The position numbers were made by a program, and so were the translations under genes. A model generated the notes under the pieces. The model was not told the DNA's origin, did no database searches, and saw nothing but the letters and a program-made list of their open reading frames with translations. A stretch of DNA of 33,592 bases, from IMG/VR virus record IMGVR_UViG_3300037310_000514, positions 1 through 33,592 of that record; one strand, given 5' to 3'. Within the stretch, counting starts at the first letter, position 1. Every line of letters begins with the position of its first letter. This DNA comes from a virus. Lineage: Duplodnaviria; Caudoviricetes. Shown here one piece after another: positions 32,940 through 33,592 of this stretch.

Positions 32940-33506
32940 ATGGATGTAGAACCGGCGTTGAAAGCAAGCCGTCCGGCAAACGGCGGTCGCGGTGGAAGGC
33001 GCTTTCGGCCTTCCCCGGTCCTGCCGCACAGGCTCGACGACACGGCCGCGGCAAGAGAGCTCGCGTACTGGCTCGAAGCCGACTGGGCGTTTCACTTCCG
33101 GTTCCGGATACCGGCGGAAGGATGCGAAGAGCCGGGGAGGCGCCAGCCCTGGCGGTACATGGTGGCCCGGCCCTGCCACGCACTGGTCGGGCTGTACCTG
33201 GCGGAGCGGTGGGCCGAGCGGCAGCTGGCGCCGGCTGCCGGTGCAGCCGGGGACGGCGGCGCAAGCTGGGCTACCCCGAAGCGGCTCGTGGCGGCTTGGG
33301 GCATCGGAAGCGGCAGGGGGCTGTACGGCGCCGTCTGCTTTCTCTCGACGCTCGGCTGGCCGATAGAGACCGGCTACTGCACGCCCGGCGGGGTGTGGAC
33401 GACCGAGCGGCCTAAAGGGTTTAAAGGAAAGCAGCTGTCCGAAGAGGTCGGGTACAGGCTCGCCGGTCCGGTCGAGTTTGAGAAAGCCGGAGGTCCCTGG
33501 TACTGA
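32940..33506 (+). CDS. Putative winged-HTH DNA-binding protein, paralogue 2
   Basis: GAGGGAG SD; shares SRPANGG, ARPCHA.VGL.LAERWAER, SW.TP.RL.AAWG, LGWPIETGY and VGYRL..PVEFE..GG.W with 32335-32886. Confidence 0.65.
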   Translation: MDVEPALKASRPANGGRGGRRFRPSPVLPHRLDDTAAARELAYWLEADWAFHFRFRIPAEGCEEPGRRQPWRYMVARPCHALVGLYLAERWAERQLAPAAGAAGDGGASWATPKRLVAAWGIGSGRGLYGAVCFLSTLGWPIETGYCTPGGVWTTERPKGFKGKQLSEEVGYRLAGPVEFEKAGGPWY

Positions 33507-33592
33507 TTCTCCCCTCTTGAAAGCCCTAGGAAGCCCACATAGCGGCGTCGGCCGGTCCGGGGGGGGGTACTCCCATACGACCGGCCCACGCC

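Noticed and set aside
1-33592. Full CtrA boxes (TTAA-N7-TTAA)
   Set aside because: The few TTAA occurrences I found are unpaired; only isolated half-sites.
1-33592. tRNA, rRNA, integrase, transposase or att site
   Set aside because: None recognisable by eye; absence applies only to this window and was not tested computationally.

Overview
GC-rich (~65-70%) genome segment of a tailed dsDNA phage, most likely a podovirus-type phage of an alphaproteobacterium. It is probably most of the genome; the window starts inside terL. Positions 1-21.5 kb (+) carry the morphogenesis operon: terminase large subunit C-terminus, portal, scaffold, major capsid, an RcGTA-like head-spike base and fibre pair, a head-tail adaptor fused to a beta-helix tailspike, a LamG adhesin, a holin-like gene plus GH19-like endolysin, tail fibre, nozzle, a GNAT-like protein and ejection proteins. 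Positions 21.5-26.65 kb (-) carry a membrane protein, DUF2800 nuclease, SNF2 helicase, RuvC, a GcrA cell-cycle regulator homologue and a dATP/dGTP diphosphohydrolase-like gene. Positions 26.8-33.5 kb (+) carry a DUF2815 SSB, a family A DNA polymerase (Leu762 type), a Prim-Pol/AAA primase-helicase, an iteron/hairpin origin-like region and two tandem paralogous wHTH-like genes. The standout signal is a perfect chromosomal-type parS centromere (TGTTTCACGTGAAACA, 865-880) between terL and portal, directly upstream of a putative late promoter. No parA/parB, integrase or CI-type repressor is visible in the window. Together with the phage-encoded GcrA, this suggests a phage that plugs into the host's chromosome segregation and cell-cycle circuitry. 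All family assignments are by-eye motif recognition, not database searches.
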